Source: an uncultured delta proteobacterium (lineage in GTDB: Bacteria; Desulfobacterota; Desulfarculia; JACQYL01; CAWGVV01). From it: a stretch of 64,000 nucleotides of DNA. The stretch spans positions 873,964 through 937,963 of the forward strand of contig CAWGVV010000002.1 of NCBI GenBank assembly GCA_963826125.1, read 5' to 3'. The notes under the pieces were generated by a model. That model was not told the origin of the DNA. It did no database searches and was given only the letters and a program-made list of their open reading frames with translations. The position numbers and the translations under genes are program-made. Below, in pieces: positions 28,611-37,000 of this stretch. Positions within the stretch are counted from its first letter, which is position 1. The number at the start of each line of letters is the position of its first letter.

Positions 28611-29036
28611 TCAGTCCGCATGGAGGAATTTGATGAGCACGGAATTGATGCTGCGATAGATATCTTCGTCAGTGCCGTAGACGTCTTCGACATCGGGATG
28701 GTCCACGAGTTTTTCGACCACGAACGCGGTAAGAAACAGAGCGATGAAGTTCGGGTTCTGGACGAGATTCCGAAAGGGCGCTATCCGGTAGTTTATATCG
28801 AAATCTTCCGATTTTATCAGTTCTTCACAACACATGGTAATCTGACGGACCAATTCTTTCCTATTGCCGGTGACCACTATTTTTTCATCGGTGAGTTTCT
28901 GAACCATCAGGTTCACGATCTCATCGAGGAACTTTCGCAAGTCCTGAAGCTGTCGATCGCGGTGGTAGTCCTTAGAAGAATCGAGCTTGCTCAACATCCG
29001 CTCCTCTCGGTAGTTAGTGGAAAAGTCCTTTGCCAT
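28611..29036 (-). CDS. hypothetical protein (141 aa), low GC
   Basis: clean ORF with charged/helical composition; no family recognised. Confidence 0.45.
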   Translation of the reverse strand: MAKDFSTNYREERMLSKLDSSKDYHRDRQLQDLRKFLDEIVNLMVQKLTDEKIVVTGNRKELVRQITMCCEELIKSEDFDINYRIAPFRNLVQNPNFIALFLTAFVVEKLVDHPDVEDVYGTDEDIYRSINSVLIKFLHAD

Positions 29037-29280
29037 CGCGGACCTCCTTTTCGTCGATCTGGCGTCGCCTCATGGAACTCCAAACAGGCTTCCCGGAACA
29101 AGTATATCCCTTCCGGTCGGGGAAGAGGCATAAAAAAACCAACGCTAAACAATTGTACGGGGAATCGGCCGGGATTGCAATGAAACTTTTCAATTCGATT
29201 CATATTTTTCGCGTCATTGTCCCAATGGACCTCCCTCGGGATATTTCTCTCTCAAGCGAGGAGAACGGCGCTCGCCGCTT

Positions 29281-29970
29281 TCAGCGGGCCAGGGATTCGC
29301 ACACCAGAAGGGCGGTGTTCCCGGAGACGTGCAGAAGGATCGGCGTAACGATGCTACGGGAACGTTCGTAGCTCATGCAGAACAGTACCCCTCCCGCCAG
29401 CGCCGGCACGAAGGAAGCCGTATGAAATCCATGAAGAGCCGCGAACAGCAGTGCATTCAACGGAACCGCCGCCAGGGCCGGACAACGATTGCGCAAAGCT
29501 CCGTACAACCATCCCCTGAAAACCAGTTCCTCCACCAAGGGACCGTAGAGCAGAGCCATGAAAGCCGGGAAAGGGGCCATCGGAAACGGCAAGGCGGGGC
29601 AGTCGCCGGCCGAGCATCGGGCGACGAGAGGGGGGAGGTATATCGCGCACGCAGCAGCGCCGCACGCTGCGCCCCAATAGACCGCATGCCGTACGCCTCT
29701 CGTCCATGTGCCCGGATGCAGACCCAGCGCGTGCCCTCCCAGACCCCGTCCCCGCAGAAAGACCATCAGCAGTACTCCGTCCGAGGTTCGGGCAAGGAAG
29801 GTGACGAGCACAATTCCGCGTTCCCCGATACCGGGAAAAAGACCGGCGGCGAACGCCAGCGCTGCTTCCAGCAGGGCCAGTACGAGAAAACAACCGATTC
29901 CGTATCGAAAGGGAATGGGCCAGGGGGGGAGCGGCTCGGCGCGCGCGGTTACCGGTTCCATGATATCCAC
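29281..29970 (-). CDS. CPBP-family intramembrane metalloprotease (CAAX protease / Abi-like)
   Basis: EELVFRG motif and FAALH…H motif on TM helices. Confidence 0.75.
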   Translation of the reverse strand: MDIMEPVTARAEPLPPWPIPFRYGIGCFLVLALLEAALAFAAGLFPGIGERGIVLVTFLARTSDGVLLMVFLRGRGLGGHALGLHPGTWTRGVRHAVYWGAACGAAACAIYLPPLVARCSAGDCPALPFPMAPFPAFMALLYGPLVEELVFRGWLYGALRNRCPALAAVPLNALLFAALHGFHTASFVPALAGGVLFCMSYERSRSIVTPILLHVSGNTALLVCESLAR

Positions 29971-31493
29971 CCGTGGGCGATCAGCGCCCGGAGCGCCTTG
30001 TCACATATATAAGGATGGGGATGGCCGGTGCACAGCGCGGCCAGACGCTTCCCGGCCGCCGGTTCCGATCGTCGGGATAGCCCGTACACAGCGGCCGAGA
30101 CAACGACCGTGGCCGGGTCCCGGCTCAATTCGAGCAGCGCATCCAGAGCGTCGGGACGGTCGACCGCCCCCAACGCCCCAGCCGCATGAACGCGGGTGCG
30201 GAGATCGCCGCTTCGCGCGAGGACGGCCGGGGAAGGAGTATCTTTCGCCGTGATTCGTCCGGGTTCCCCGCTTCCCGACAGCGGCCCGTCCCGGCCATCG
30301 GGAATGAACAGCGCCGCCGCAACGGCAATTCCCACTATCGCAGCCGCCAGAACCGCACGCGAACGAAAACCGAGCGGCCGCAGGAGAAAACGGAACGTGT
30401 ACCCCACGATCATCAGGAAAAACAGGGGAAGGAGCGCCACCAGGCTGAAGAGTACAAGCCGCTTTACTCCTCCCGAAGGGTCCCCCGCATGGTCGAAAAC
30501 GTCACGAACGTGAGGATCGGACGGGGAAAACGGAATCCCGGTCCCGCCGCCTCGGACCGCGAACGAGAAGGAATCATCCGGGTTTTTCCTGAAAAACACG
30601 TCGGCGGCGCTATCCATTCCACTTCCGGCGGCGAACAGTATTCCGTAGGGGAGAAGTATGCGTTTGAATCGTTCCCGGTCCGGGGAGGTGAATGAATCGC
30701 CGTCGAATCCCGCGAGCAGAAAAGGTTTCTGACCTGCCGACTCCAGCGGGCGGGCCGCATCCACGGTCCCTCGATAGTAGGCTTCCGTAATGAGGCGACC
30801 GGGCCCGTTGGACAGCAGCACAATGTCCCGGAAGGAGGTGAAGTCCCGTACTCCCGCGCACCAGCCGACCCACGCCACAAGCAGCACGACCGAGAACGCG
30901 ACTATCCGGGAGACGTCGCGACCGAAGACTCCCCGCAGAAGTGTCGGGAAACGGGCCGGTTTCTCCGTCTCCGTGTTGCGGGCCAAACCGGTGTCGGTAG
31001 ACTTTACACTTTTTTTACTCCCGTTGTTCGCCGAGTCGATGTGCCGAAGAAAGTTTGCTCCGGGCTCATGGCCGGGGAGCCACGCTCCCCACTGAGTAAG
31101 CAGGGCGGCCAAGAGGGGGGAAACAACGATGCCGGCGGTGAAGAGAAGGTCGATCCGCCCGAAATGCACTACAAGCAGCAGCAATCCGGCGGACAAAACG
31201 GTGAGAAGCACCATCGCGGCGGATCTTGGGCGTGGAAAGTGCATGGCCGTCATGCAGAGGAGCAGTTCCAGCATGGTGATGCCGATGCCGAGGGTGACCG
31301 TATAGAAGCTCCCGCTGAGGAGGCAGGAAGCCGTTGTCGGGTCGGACAAGGACGGAAGCGGAAAGTAGCCGGCTCCGGCGGCGAGCCTCAGACGCACGTG
31401 CTCCCTTTCGGCGAATATCCGCACCAGACGCGTTCCCAGCACGGTAAAGAGGGTGACGTTCAAAATGAGGAATGAAAAAAAGGGCCGCCGCAC
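29949..31493 (-). CDS. polytopic membrane protein with C-terminal HEAT/PBS-lyase-type repeats; overlaps the CPBP gene by 22 nt
   Basis: several TM segments; C-terminal repeated helical pairs with …AAGALGAVDRPDALDALLELSRD…VVSAAVYGL…; function unknown. Confidence 0.55.
   Translation of the reverse strand: MRRPFFSFLILNVTLFTVLGTRLVRIFAEREHVRLRLAAGAGYFPLPSLSDPTTASCLLSGSFYTVTLGIGITMLELLLCMTAMHFPRPRSAAMVLLTVLSAGLLLLVVHFGRIDLLFTAGIVVSPLLAALLTQWGAWLPGHEPGANFLRHIDSANNGSKKSVKSTDTGLARNTETEKPARFPTLLRGVFGRDVSRIVAFSVVLLVAWVGWCAGVRDFTSFRDIVLLSNGPGRLITEAYYRGTVDAARPLESAGQKPFLLAGFDGDSFTSPDRERFKRILLPYGILFAAGSGMDSAADVFFRKNPDDSFSFAVRGGGTGIPFSPSDPHVRDVFDHAGDPSGGVKRLVLFSLVALLPLFFLMIVGYTFRFLLRPLGFRSRAVLAAAIVGIAVAAALFIPDGRDGPLSGSGEPGRITAKDTPSPAVLARSGDLRTRVHAAGALGAVDRPDALDALLELSRDPATVVVSAAVYGLSRRSEPAAGKRLAALCTGHPHPYICDKALRALIAHGWISWNR
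30992..31008. repeat. copy 1 of an exact 17-nt repeat TGTCGGTAGACTTTACA (inside the HEAT-repeat protein gene)
   Basis: identical 17-mer also at 34442..34458; both followed by N-TTT. Confidence 0.7.
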
Positions 31494-31534
31494 ACGGATT
31501 CCTTTGCCAATTCTGCACGTGTGGTATTAGAGTA

Positions 31535-32242
31535 ATGATCCGTTCTCACCAGCCCCTTATCATGGTCCGCGGCCGACTGCAACGAATCGCCGGTCTGCTG
31601 ACGGATGCAGGGATCGGGAGTTTCGTCGTGGAGGAAAGCAAAGCCCCCCTGGACAATCTCAGGTATTTTGTCGAGTGGGGGGGCCGGAATTGGGAGATGC
31701 TCCTGCGCCACGCACTGTCGAACGGTGTCGGTGGGGACCTCCGGGGCAAGCGGGTGCTGGAAATCGGTTTTCGTTCCGGGAAAATGTCCAGCCTGTTCGC
31801 GCTCATGGGGGCTGACGTGGTGGGGCTCGAGGTGCGTCCCAAGCCCACGCGAAAAGCTCGGAAAGAGGCGGAAACCTGGGGCGTCGGCGACCACACCCTT
31901 TTTGTCCGCTACGACGGGAACCTGGACGCGATCCGCGACGAAAGTTTCGATCTGATTTTCACCAAGAGCGTTCTGGTCGTACTTCCGGATATGGAGTCGT
32001 TTCTTGCGAAACTGCGGGAAAAGCTCAAACCCGGAGGCAGGTGCCTGTTTCTGGAAAACGGCCTCGGTCCGTGGCCCGTGCGCGTTTGGCGGAGATTATG
32101 CGGGCCGCGATGGGAAAACGTCACTCCGCACTATTTCACTTCCTCCGACGTCGAAATGGTCTCCCGCTATATTCCCATCGAAAAAGTTCGTCGAACGTTC
32201 CTTCCTCCCGTCTGCATGATAATGGCCCGCAAGGAGCAGTAA
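31535..32242 (+). CDS. class I SAM-dependent methyltransferase
   Basis: motif I VLEIGFRSGKMSSLFALMGADVVGLE and downstream acidic motif; start among ATGs at 31535/31562 uncertain. Confidence 0.65.
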   Translation: MIRSHQPLIMVRGRLQRIAGLLTDAGIGSFVVEESKAPLDNLRYFVEWGGRNWEMLLRHALSNGVGGDLRGKRVLEIGFRSGKMSSLFALMGADVVGLEVRPKPTRKARKEAETWGVGDHTLFVRYDGNLDAIRDESFDLIFTKSVLVVLPDMESFLAKLREKLKPGGRCLFLENGLGPWPVRVWRRLCGPRWENVTPHYFTSSDVEMVSRYIPIEKVRRTFLPPVCMIMARKEQ

Positions 32243-32293
32243 CGGCCCAGCCGACGGGCCGCCCTTCCCCGGCAGCGCCTCCCCGACCGGCCC

Positions 32294-32890
32294 TTACTTC
32301 CCGAGAATGCCGCGGACCGTTCCTATAATGACCTTCAGATCGCTTCCCACCGAGCTTGTTCGCGCATATCGCAGCGATATGGCGATTTTCTCCCCCATGA
32401 TTCTTTCGGTATAAAGACGTTCGGGGCGCGGAGTGGCGGCCAGCATCTCGCTTTCGCGGCGATACGCCAGGGATGCCGGATCGGTAATGCCCGGGCGAAA
32501 CGCCAGAATCGCCCGCTGCTCCTCGGTATAGAGCCGTACGTACCGGCCGACTTCCGGACGCGGCCCCACGATGGTCATGTCCCCGGTTATCACATTGAAA
32601 AACTGGGGGAGTTCATCGATCTTGAAAAGTCTCAGCATCCGTCCGATTCGCGTGATTCTGGAATCTCCGCCCACGGTGATGAGCGACCCCGAACCGTCTG
32701 CGTTGCTGCGCATGCTCCGGAATTTGACCATGCGAAACAGCCTCCCATCTCTTCCCACGCGCTCCTGCCGGAAAAAAGGAGCGCCGGGGGTTTCGAGCCT
32801 TACGGCCAGGGCCGTGAGGAGGAAAAGGGGGCTGAGGAGAAAGAATGCGGGGAAAGCGACGGCCAGATCGAACAGACGTTTTTTTTCCAT
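32294..32890 (-). CDS. undecaprenyl-phosphate sugar-phosphotransferase, short PglC/WbaP-C-terminal type (Bac_transf)
   Basis: single N-terminal TM then FRMVKFRSM…DELPQFFNVITGDMTIVGPRP signature. Confidence 0.8.
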   Translation of the reverse strand: MEKKRLFDLAVAFPAFFLLSPLFLLTALAVRLETPGAPFFRQERVGRDGRLFRMVKFRSMRSNADGSGSLITVGGDSRITRIGRMLRLFKIDELPQFFNVITGDMTIVGPRPEVGRYVRLYTEEQRAILAFRPGITDPASLAYRRESEMLAATPRPERLYTERIMGEKIAISLRYARTSSVGSDLKVIIGTVRGILGK

Positions 32891-32914
32891 GGCGGATACC
32901 GGACGCTCCTCCAT

Positions 32915-34102
32915 TCAGGCGGACGCCGACCGGCCTCCCCCGCGCGAATGGCGTTTGAGGATACCGGTAACCGCCGCGATCACCCGTTCCACGTCTTCGT
33001 CCGTCATGCCGGGGTAAATGGGGAGACTCACCACCCTGCGATAGCAGTCGAGGGATACCGGAAAGTCTTCCGGTTTGTATCCCAACCGGTCCCGCCAGTA
33101 CGGATGAAGGTGAAGGGGAATGAAATGAACGCTGGTACCGATCCCCTCCTCCGCCATCTTCTCGATGAAACCGTTTCGATCGATGGTGAGCCGGTCGAGG
33201 TCCAGTTGTATGACGTAGAGATGGTAGGAATGCACGTCCCGCGGACGGACCGCGCGGGGAACCTTCAGGGGGAGGTCGACGAAGGCCCGGTGGTAACGTT
33301 CGGCGATGGACGTTCTGACGCGGTGAAATTGTTCGGTTTTACGCAGCTGGTGGATGCCGATGGCAGCGTTGATGTCCGCCATGTTGTATTTGAATCCCGC
33401 TTCGACCACCTCATAGTACCACTTGGGACGGGATGAGGTGTAGCGGTCGAAAGCGTCCCGGTCGATTCCGTGCAGCCGCATGGTCTTTATGCGGGCGGCC
33501 ATGCTGTCGGAGACCGTTGTGACCATTCCCCCCTCGGCCGTCGCCAGCGGTTTGGTGGCGTAGAAGCTGAACGCCGCCGCGTCCCCCAGCCTTCCGGCCG
33601 GAACGCCTTTATAGGTACAGGGCAGGGAGTGGGCCGCGTCTTCTATGACGGCGATTCCCTTCCCGGCGCACACTTCCCTGATGGGGTCCATGTCGCAGGC
33701 CTGCCCGCCGAAGTGGACGGGGATGACCGCTTTGGTCTTCGGGCCGACGGCCTTTTCCACTTCACGGGGAAGAAGAGTGAAGGTGTCGGCGTCGATGTCG
33801 ACGAATACCGGACGTGCTCCTAGATAGGCCGCGGCTTCGGCCGTGGCCGTGAAGGTGTATGCGGGAACGATCACCTCGTCCCCGGCCTTCACGCCGGCGG
33901 CTTCCAGTGCCAGGTGCAGGGCGGCCGTGCCCGAACAGACCGCGAGAGCGTAGGGGACTCCGATATAACGGGCGAACTCCGTTTCAAACGTCCGGACCTT
34001 CGGCCCCGTGGTGATCCAGCCGGATCTGAGCGCATCGGTCACCTCATCGATTTCCTCCCGACCGATGCTGGGGAGCGCGAACGGCAGGGTGCGGGCCGAC
34101 AT
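32915..34102 (-). CDS. DegT/DnrJ/EryC1/StrS-family PLP-dependent sugar aminotransferase (PglE-like)
   Basis: family signature regions incl. PLP Lys region FSFYATKPLATAEGGMV; start at MSARTLPF. Confidence 0.85.
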   Translation of the reverse strand: MSARTLPFALPSIGREEIDEVTDALRSGWITTGPKVRTFETEFARYIGVPYALAVCSGTAALHLALEAAGVKAGDEVIVPAYTFTATAEAAAYLGARPVFVDIDADTFTLLPREVEKAVGPKTKAVIPVHFGGQACDMDPIREVCAGKGIAVIEDAAHSLPCTYKGVPAGRLGDAAAFSFYATKPLATAEGGMVTTVSDSMAARIKTMRLHGIDRDAFDRYTSSRPKWYYEVVEAGFKYNMADINAAIGIHQLRKTEQFHRVRTSIAERYHRAFVDLPLKVPRAVRPRDVHSYHLYVIQLDLDRLTIDRNGFIEKMAEEGIGTSVHFIPLHLHPYWRDRLGYKPEDFPVSLDCYRRVVSLPIYPGMTDEDVERVIAAVTGILKRHSRGGGRSASA

Positions 34103-34441
34103 GATGGTAATCCTCACAGTTTCCTGTTGTTGGTTCGAAAAGAGCGAGTGGGTCGCTCGGGTATTTCCTCATAGAGTCTTTTCTCTCCTGATTTGTACCG
34201 TTTCCGTTCCCGATTTGCAACCGACGAAAACGGGGGAAGGGCGTTTTTGAAAACCGGGCCGCGGAATCCGGAAGCGCGGAAAGCTTCTCCTGAAGAGCCT
34301 TGTTGATTTATTCGCTTATTTTTCTTTACAGCTCCCCATGGAAGACTGCAATTTCCTGTTGCTTTGGAAATAAATCCATTTTATTGGGTAAATAACGGAA
34401 GCAATTCGGGGAGAGAGGAAGCGGGGAAGAGGAATGTGCGA

Positions 34442-34458
34442 TGTCGGTAGACTTTACA
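34442..34458. repeat. copy 2 of the 17-nt repeat TGTCGGTAGACTTTACA, in the intergenic region upstream of the PEP-CTERM gene
   Basis: exact match to 30992..31008. Confidence 0.7.
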
Positions 34459-34562
34459 ACTTTGTCTGTATGGTTTCCCGCATTTCGACTGACACTGGAG
34501 ACAGTTTGTTTAAGTGTTCGATATATTTAAATAATATTCCGATGAAGTGGTTGCACGTTTTC

Positions 34563-34578
34563 TGGCATTCAAGTTGCA
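34563..34578 (+). promoter_or_regulatory. near-consensus sigma-54 promoter TGGCAT-tcaag-TTGCA, ~60 nt upstream of the PEP-CTERM gene start
   Basis: -24 GG / -12 GC elements with correct spacing read directly from sequence. Confidence 0.65.
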
Positions 34579-34637
34579 AACATTAACTACAAAAACATTG
34601 AGACGTAAAACCGTCGGTTGAAAGAAGGGAGAACGCC

Positions 34638-35474
34638 ATGAATAGAAAATTGAACGTTGTATTAGGTGTGTTTCTCGCCCTGCTGTTGGTTCATACGGTG
34701 GCCATGGCGGACATGATAACTTTCGAGGATGGGACGTATGCCAGCGGCGATGTCATCTCCACTATAGGAATCCCAGGAAGCAACGATGTGACGATTTCTA
34801 CGAGTTCCGGGAGCGCTACCATCGCTCAGGTGGGGGGGGCGACGATCGAATCGTTCTCCACAAGCAAACCGAACACCACGATAGATACGCCGATAGGAAC
34901 GGGTTCCGCGCCGGTGGGTAATTACTTCCTGAACGATGAGCACTTTGTTTCCGGAGAGACCACGCACACCTGGGTGGCGGCGAACTATGTGTTCGACTTC
35001 GCTAACCCGATCACGAGCATCGGCCTCGATGTTTATGACTATGCCGACAACCATGCCTACGGACAGAAAGCGGCAGTGACGCTGACGCTCTATGACGACC
35101 ACGACGGTACGGGCAACGTTCTGGGCACCGACGAGTGGATCTTCGACTGGACCGGTATTTACAACATGTCCGTGCCCGTGCAGATCTATCATAACGGTTC
35201 GCTTACCTCGACCTACTTTATCGACGGTGGCATCCAGTCCTTGCTCGTCAACGGCGGATTGGACGTCCTCGGTTACAGCGCTACACTGGTGTTCGGAGTC
35301 CCGGACATTGGAGTCGGCGTGGACAACATCGCTTTTGAAAATTATATCGGGAATACCCCGGTCGATCCCGAGGACCCCGTTGATCCGGTAAATCCCGTTC
35401 CCGAACCGGCCACCGTGCTCCTTATTGGAGCGGGTCTCCTGGGGTTGGGGTTGATGAGGAAGTACATTCACTGA
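34638..35474 (+). CDS. secreted PEP-CTERM sorting-signal protein (putative exosortase substrate)
   Basis: signal peptide; C-terminal VPEPATVLLIGAGLLGLGLMRKYIH = PEP motif + TM helix + basic tail. Confidence 0.8.
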   Translation: MNRKLNVVLGVFLALLLVHTVAMADMITFEDGTYASGDVISTIGIPGSNDVTISTSSGSATIAQVGGATIESFSTSKPNTTIDTPIGTGSAPVGNYFLNDEHFVSGETTHTWVAANYVFDFANPITSIGLDVYDYADNHAYGQKAAVTLTLYDDHDGTGNVLGTDEWIFDWTGIYNMSVPVQIYHNGSLTSTYFIDGGIQSLLVNGGLDVLGYSATLVFGVPDIGVGVDNIAFENYIGNTPVDPEDPVDPVNPVPEPATVLLIGAGLLGLGLMRKYIH

Positions 35475-35507
35475 GCTAGCCGCTGGAACCGACAGAAAAC
35501 CACGAAA

Positions 35508-35545
35508 GCAGAGTGGGGCCGAAAGGCCCCACTCTGCTTTTTGCT
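35508..35545 (+). terminator. rho-independent terminator (13-bp stem GCAGAGTGGGGCC/GGCCCCACTCTGC, GAAA loop, then TTTTTGCTTTC)
   Basis: read directly; 34 nt after the PEP-CTERM stop. Confidence 0.85.
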
Positions 35546-35630
35546 TTCGTCGAAACAAACTCAAGTGAACGGGTACGGCAGCCGATATAGGCAAAAACGG
35601 ACCGCTCGCCGCGGTGATGGAGAACTATTT

Positions 35631-36863
35631 GTGAAGGGCGATGAAGCAATACAAGTCTGCCACATCGTGAAACGATTCGGCGACCAATCCATACTCGAAG
35701 ATGTCACGTTCTCTGTCCGCAGAGGCAGCATCACTTCCCTTATCGGGAAAAGCGGCTCGGGCAAGAGTCTGATCCTCAAACACATCATCTCCCTGCTGAA
35801 GCCGGATTCCGGAACTGTGCTGGTCAACGGAGTGGACGTCGCCAGTGCGAGTCGAAAGACGTTGTCGGAACTCCGATCGCAAATCGGATTTCTCTTCCAG
35901 GGGAGCGCTCTTTTCGACGGAATGACGGTGTTCGAAAACATCGCGCTTCCTCTGCGCGAACGGAAAAATGCCGACGAGGAAGAGATCGCCCGGCGAGTCC
36001 GAGAGCAGGCGCGGCAGCTGGGAGTGGAGAAATCGCTGGACCTCCATCCGCCGGAACTGAGCGGCGGCATGAAAAAGCGGGTGGGATTGGCCAGGGCTCT
36101 CGTTACCGGGCCCGACATCGTGTTGTTCGACGAACCCACCACCGGCCTCGATCCCCTGCGGAGGAACGACGTCCACAGCCTTATCGCGGAGAGCCACCGG
36201 CTTTTCGGCTTCACCGCCCTTGTCGTGAGCCACGACATCCCGGAAGTGTTCGACATCTCCGACTCCGTGGTCATGATCGATCAGGGGCGGGTGGCGATGT
36301 CGGGTTCCCCTTTGGATTTCCTGAGGAGCCCCCTTCCCGTGGTGTCGAATTTTCTGGAGGGCACCAGGGGTGACCGGGACACATCAGCCGGTCTCATGGT
36401 CCGGTCGGAATTCGAGAAAAGGCTTCGTGAGGAGTACGCCCGCGCAATCCGGTACGGGAAACGGTTCTGTCTGGTCACTCTGGGTATGGGCGCTCATGAC
36501 GGGGAGGTTCATTCCAGGGACCAAGGGGCCGTGGATGCCGCCGCGATGGCGGGGATGCTGAAGGAATGCACTCGATCGAGCGATCTGCTGGCTCGCTACG
36601 ACGAAGAAAGCTTCATCCTTCTCCTTCCGCATACCTCCCTGGAGGGCGCGGACATTATGGGGCGCAGGCTGCGCTCCGTGCTCGGCAGCGGCCTCAAGCA
36701 TCCGGACGGGACCGGTCCGGAGATTTTTTTCGGGATGAGCGAATTCGACGGCGAGAAAAGCTGGGAAGACATGGTTCGCCAATCGTTCTCGGACATGACG
36801 AATCCGCCGCACGTCTTCGCTTCCGTCACGGAATCGAAGAGGATGCCCCTCCGGCCGATGTGA
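35631..36863 (+). CDS. ABC-transporter-type ATPase (MlaF/MetN-like) fused to a C-terminal degenerate GGDEF domain (YDEESF in place of GGEEF)
   Basis: Walker A GKSGSGKS, signature LSGGMKKRVGLARAL, Walker B IVLFDEPT; C-terminal region aligns to GGDEF fold (…RYGKRFCLVTLGMG…DLLARYDEESFILLLPHTSLEGA…); GTG start with GGAG RBS chosen because the upstream TTG lies inside the terminator. Confidence 0.75.
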   Translation: MKGDEAIQVCHIVKRFGDQSILEDVTFSVRRGSITSLIGKSGSGKSLILKHIISLLKPDSGTVLVNGVDVASASRKTLSELRSQIGFLFQGSALFDGMTVFENIALPLRERKNADEEEIARRVREQARQLGVEKSLDLHPPELSGGMKKRVGLARALVTGPDIVLFDEPTTGLDPLRRNDVHSLIAESHRLFGFTALVVSHDIPEVFDISDSVVMIDQGRVAMSGSPLDFLRSPLPVVSNFLEGTRGDRDTSAGLMVRSEFEKRLREEYARAIRYGKRFCLVTLGMGAHDGEVHSRDQGAVDAAAMAGMLKECTRSSDLLARYDEESFILLLPHTSLEGADIMGRRLRSVLGSGLKHPDGTGPEIFFGMSEFDGEKSWEDMVRQSFSDMTNPPHVFASVTESKRMPLRPM

Positions 36864-36940
36864 CGAGGGAGCAGCCGGCGCTCGCATGGTTCATCACGGT
36901 TCCGGGAGAATCCCGGAATTCCCGCCAATACGAATCCCGA

Positions 36941-36978
36941 AATAAAAAAAGCGCCGCCGCAAACCATGCGGCGACGCC
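36941..36978 (-). terminator. rho-independent terminator for hdrA (stem GGCGUCGCCGCA/UGCGGCGGCGC then U7 on the minus strand)
   Basis: read directly; sits between the convergent ABC-GGDEF and hdrA genes. Confidence 0.75.
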
Positions 36979-37000
36979 TTGAAAAGCACGTTCTTTGGTT

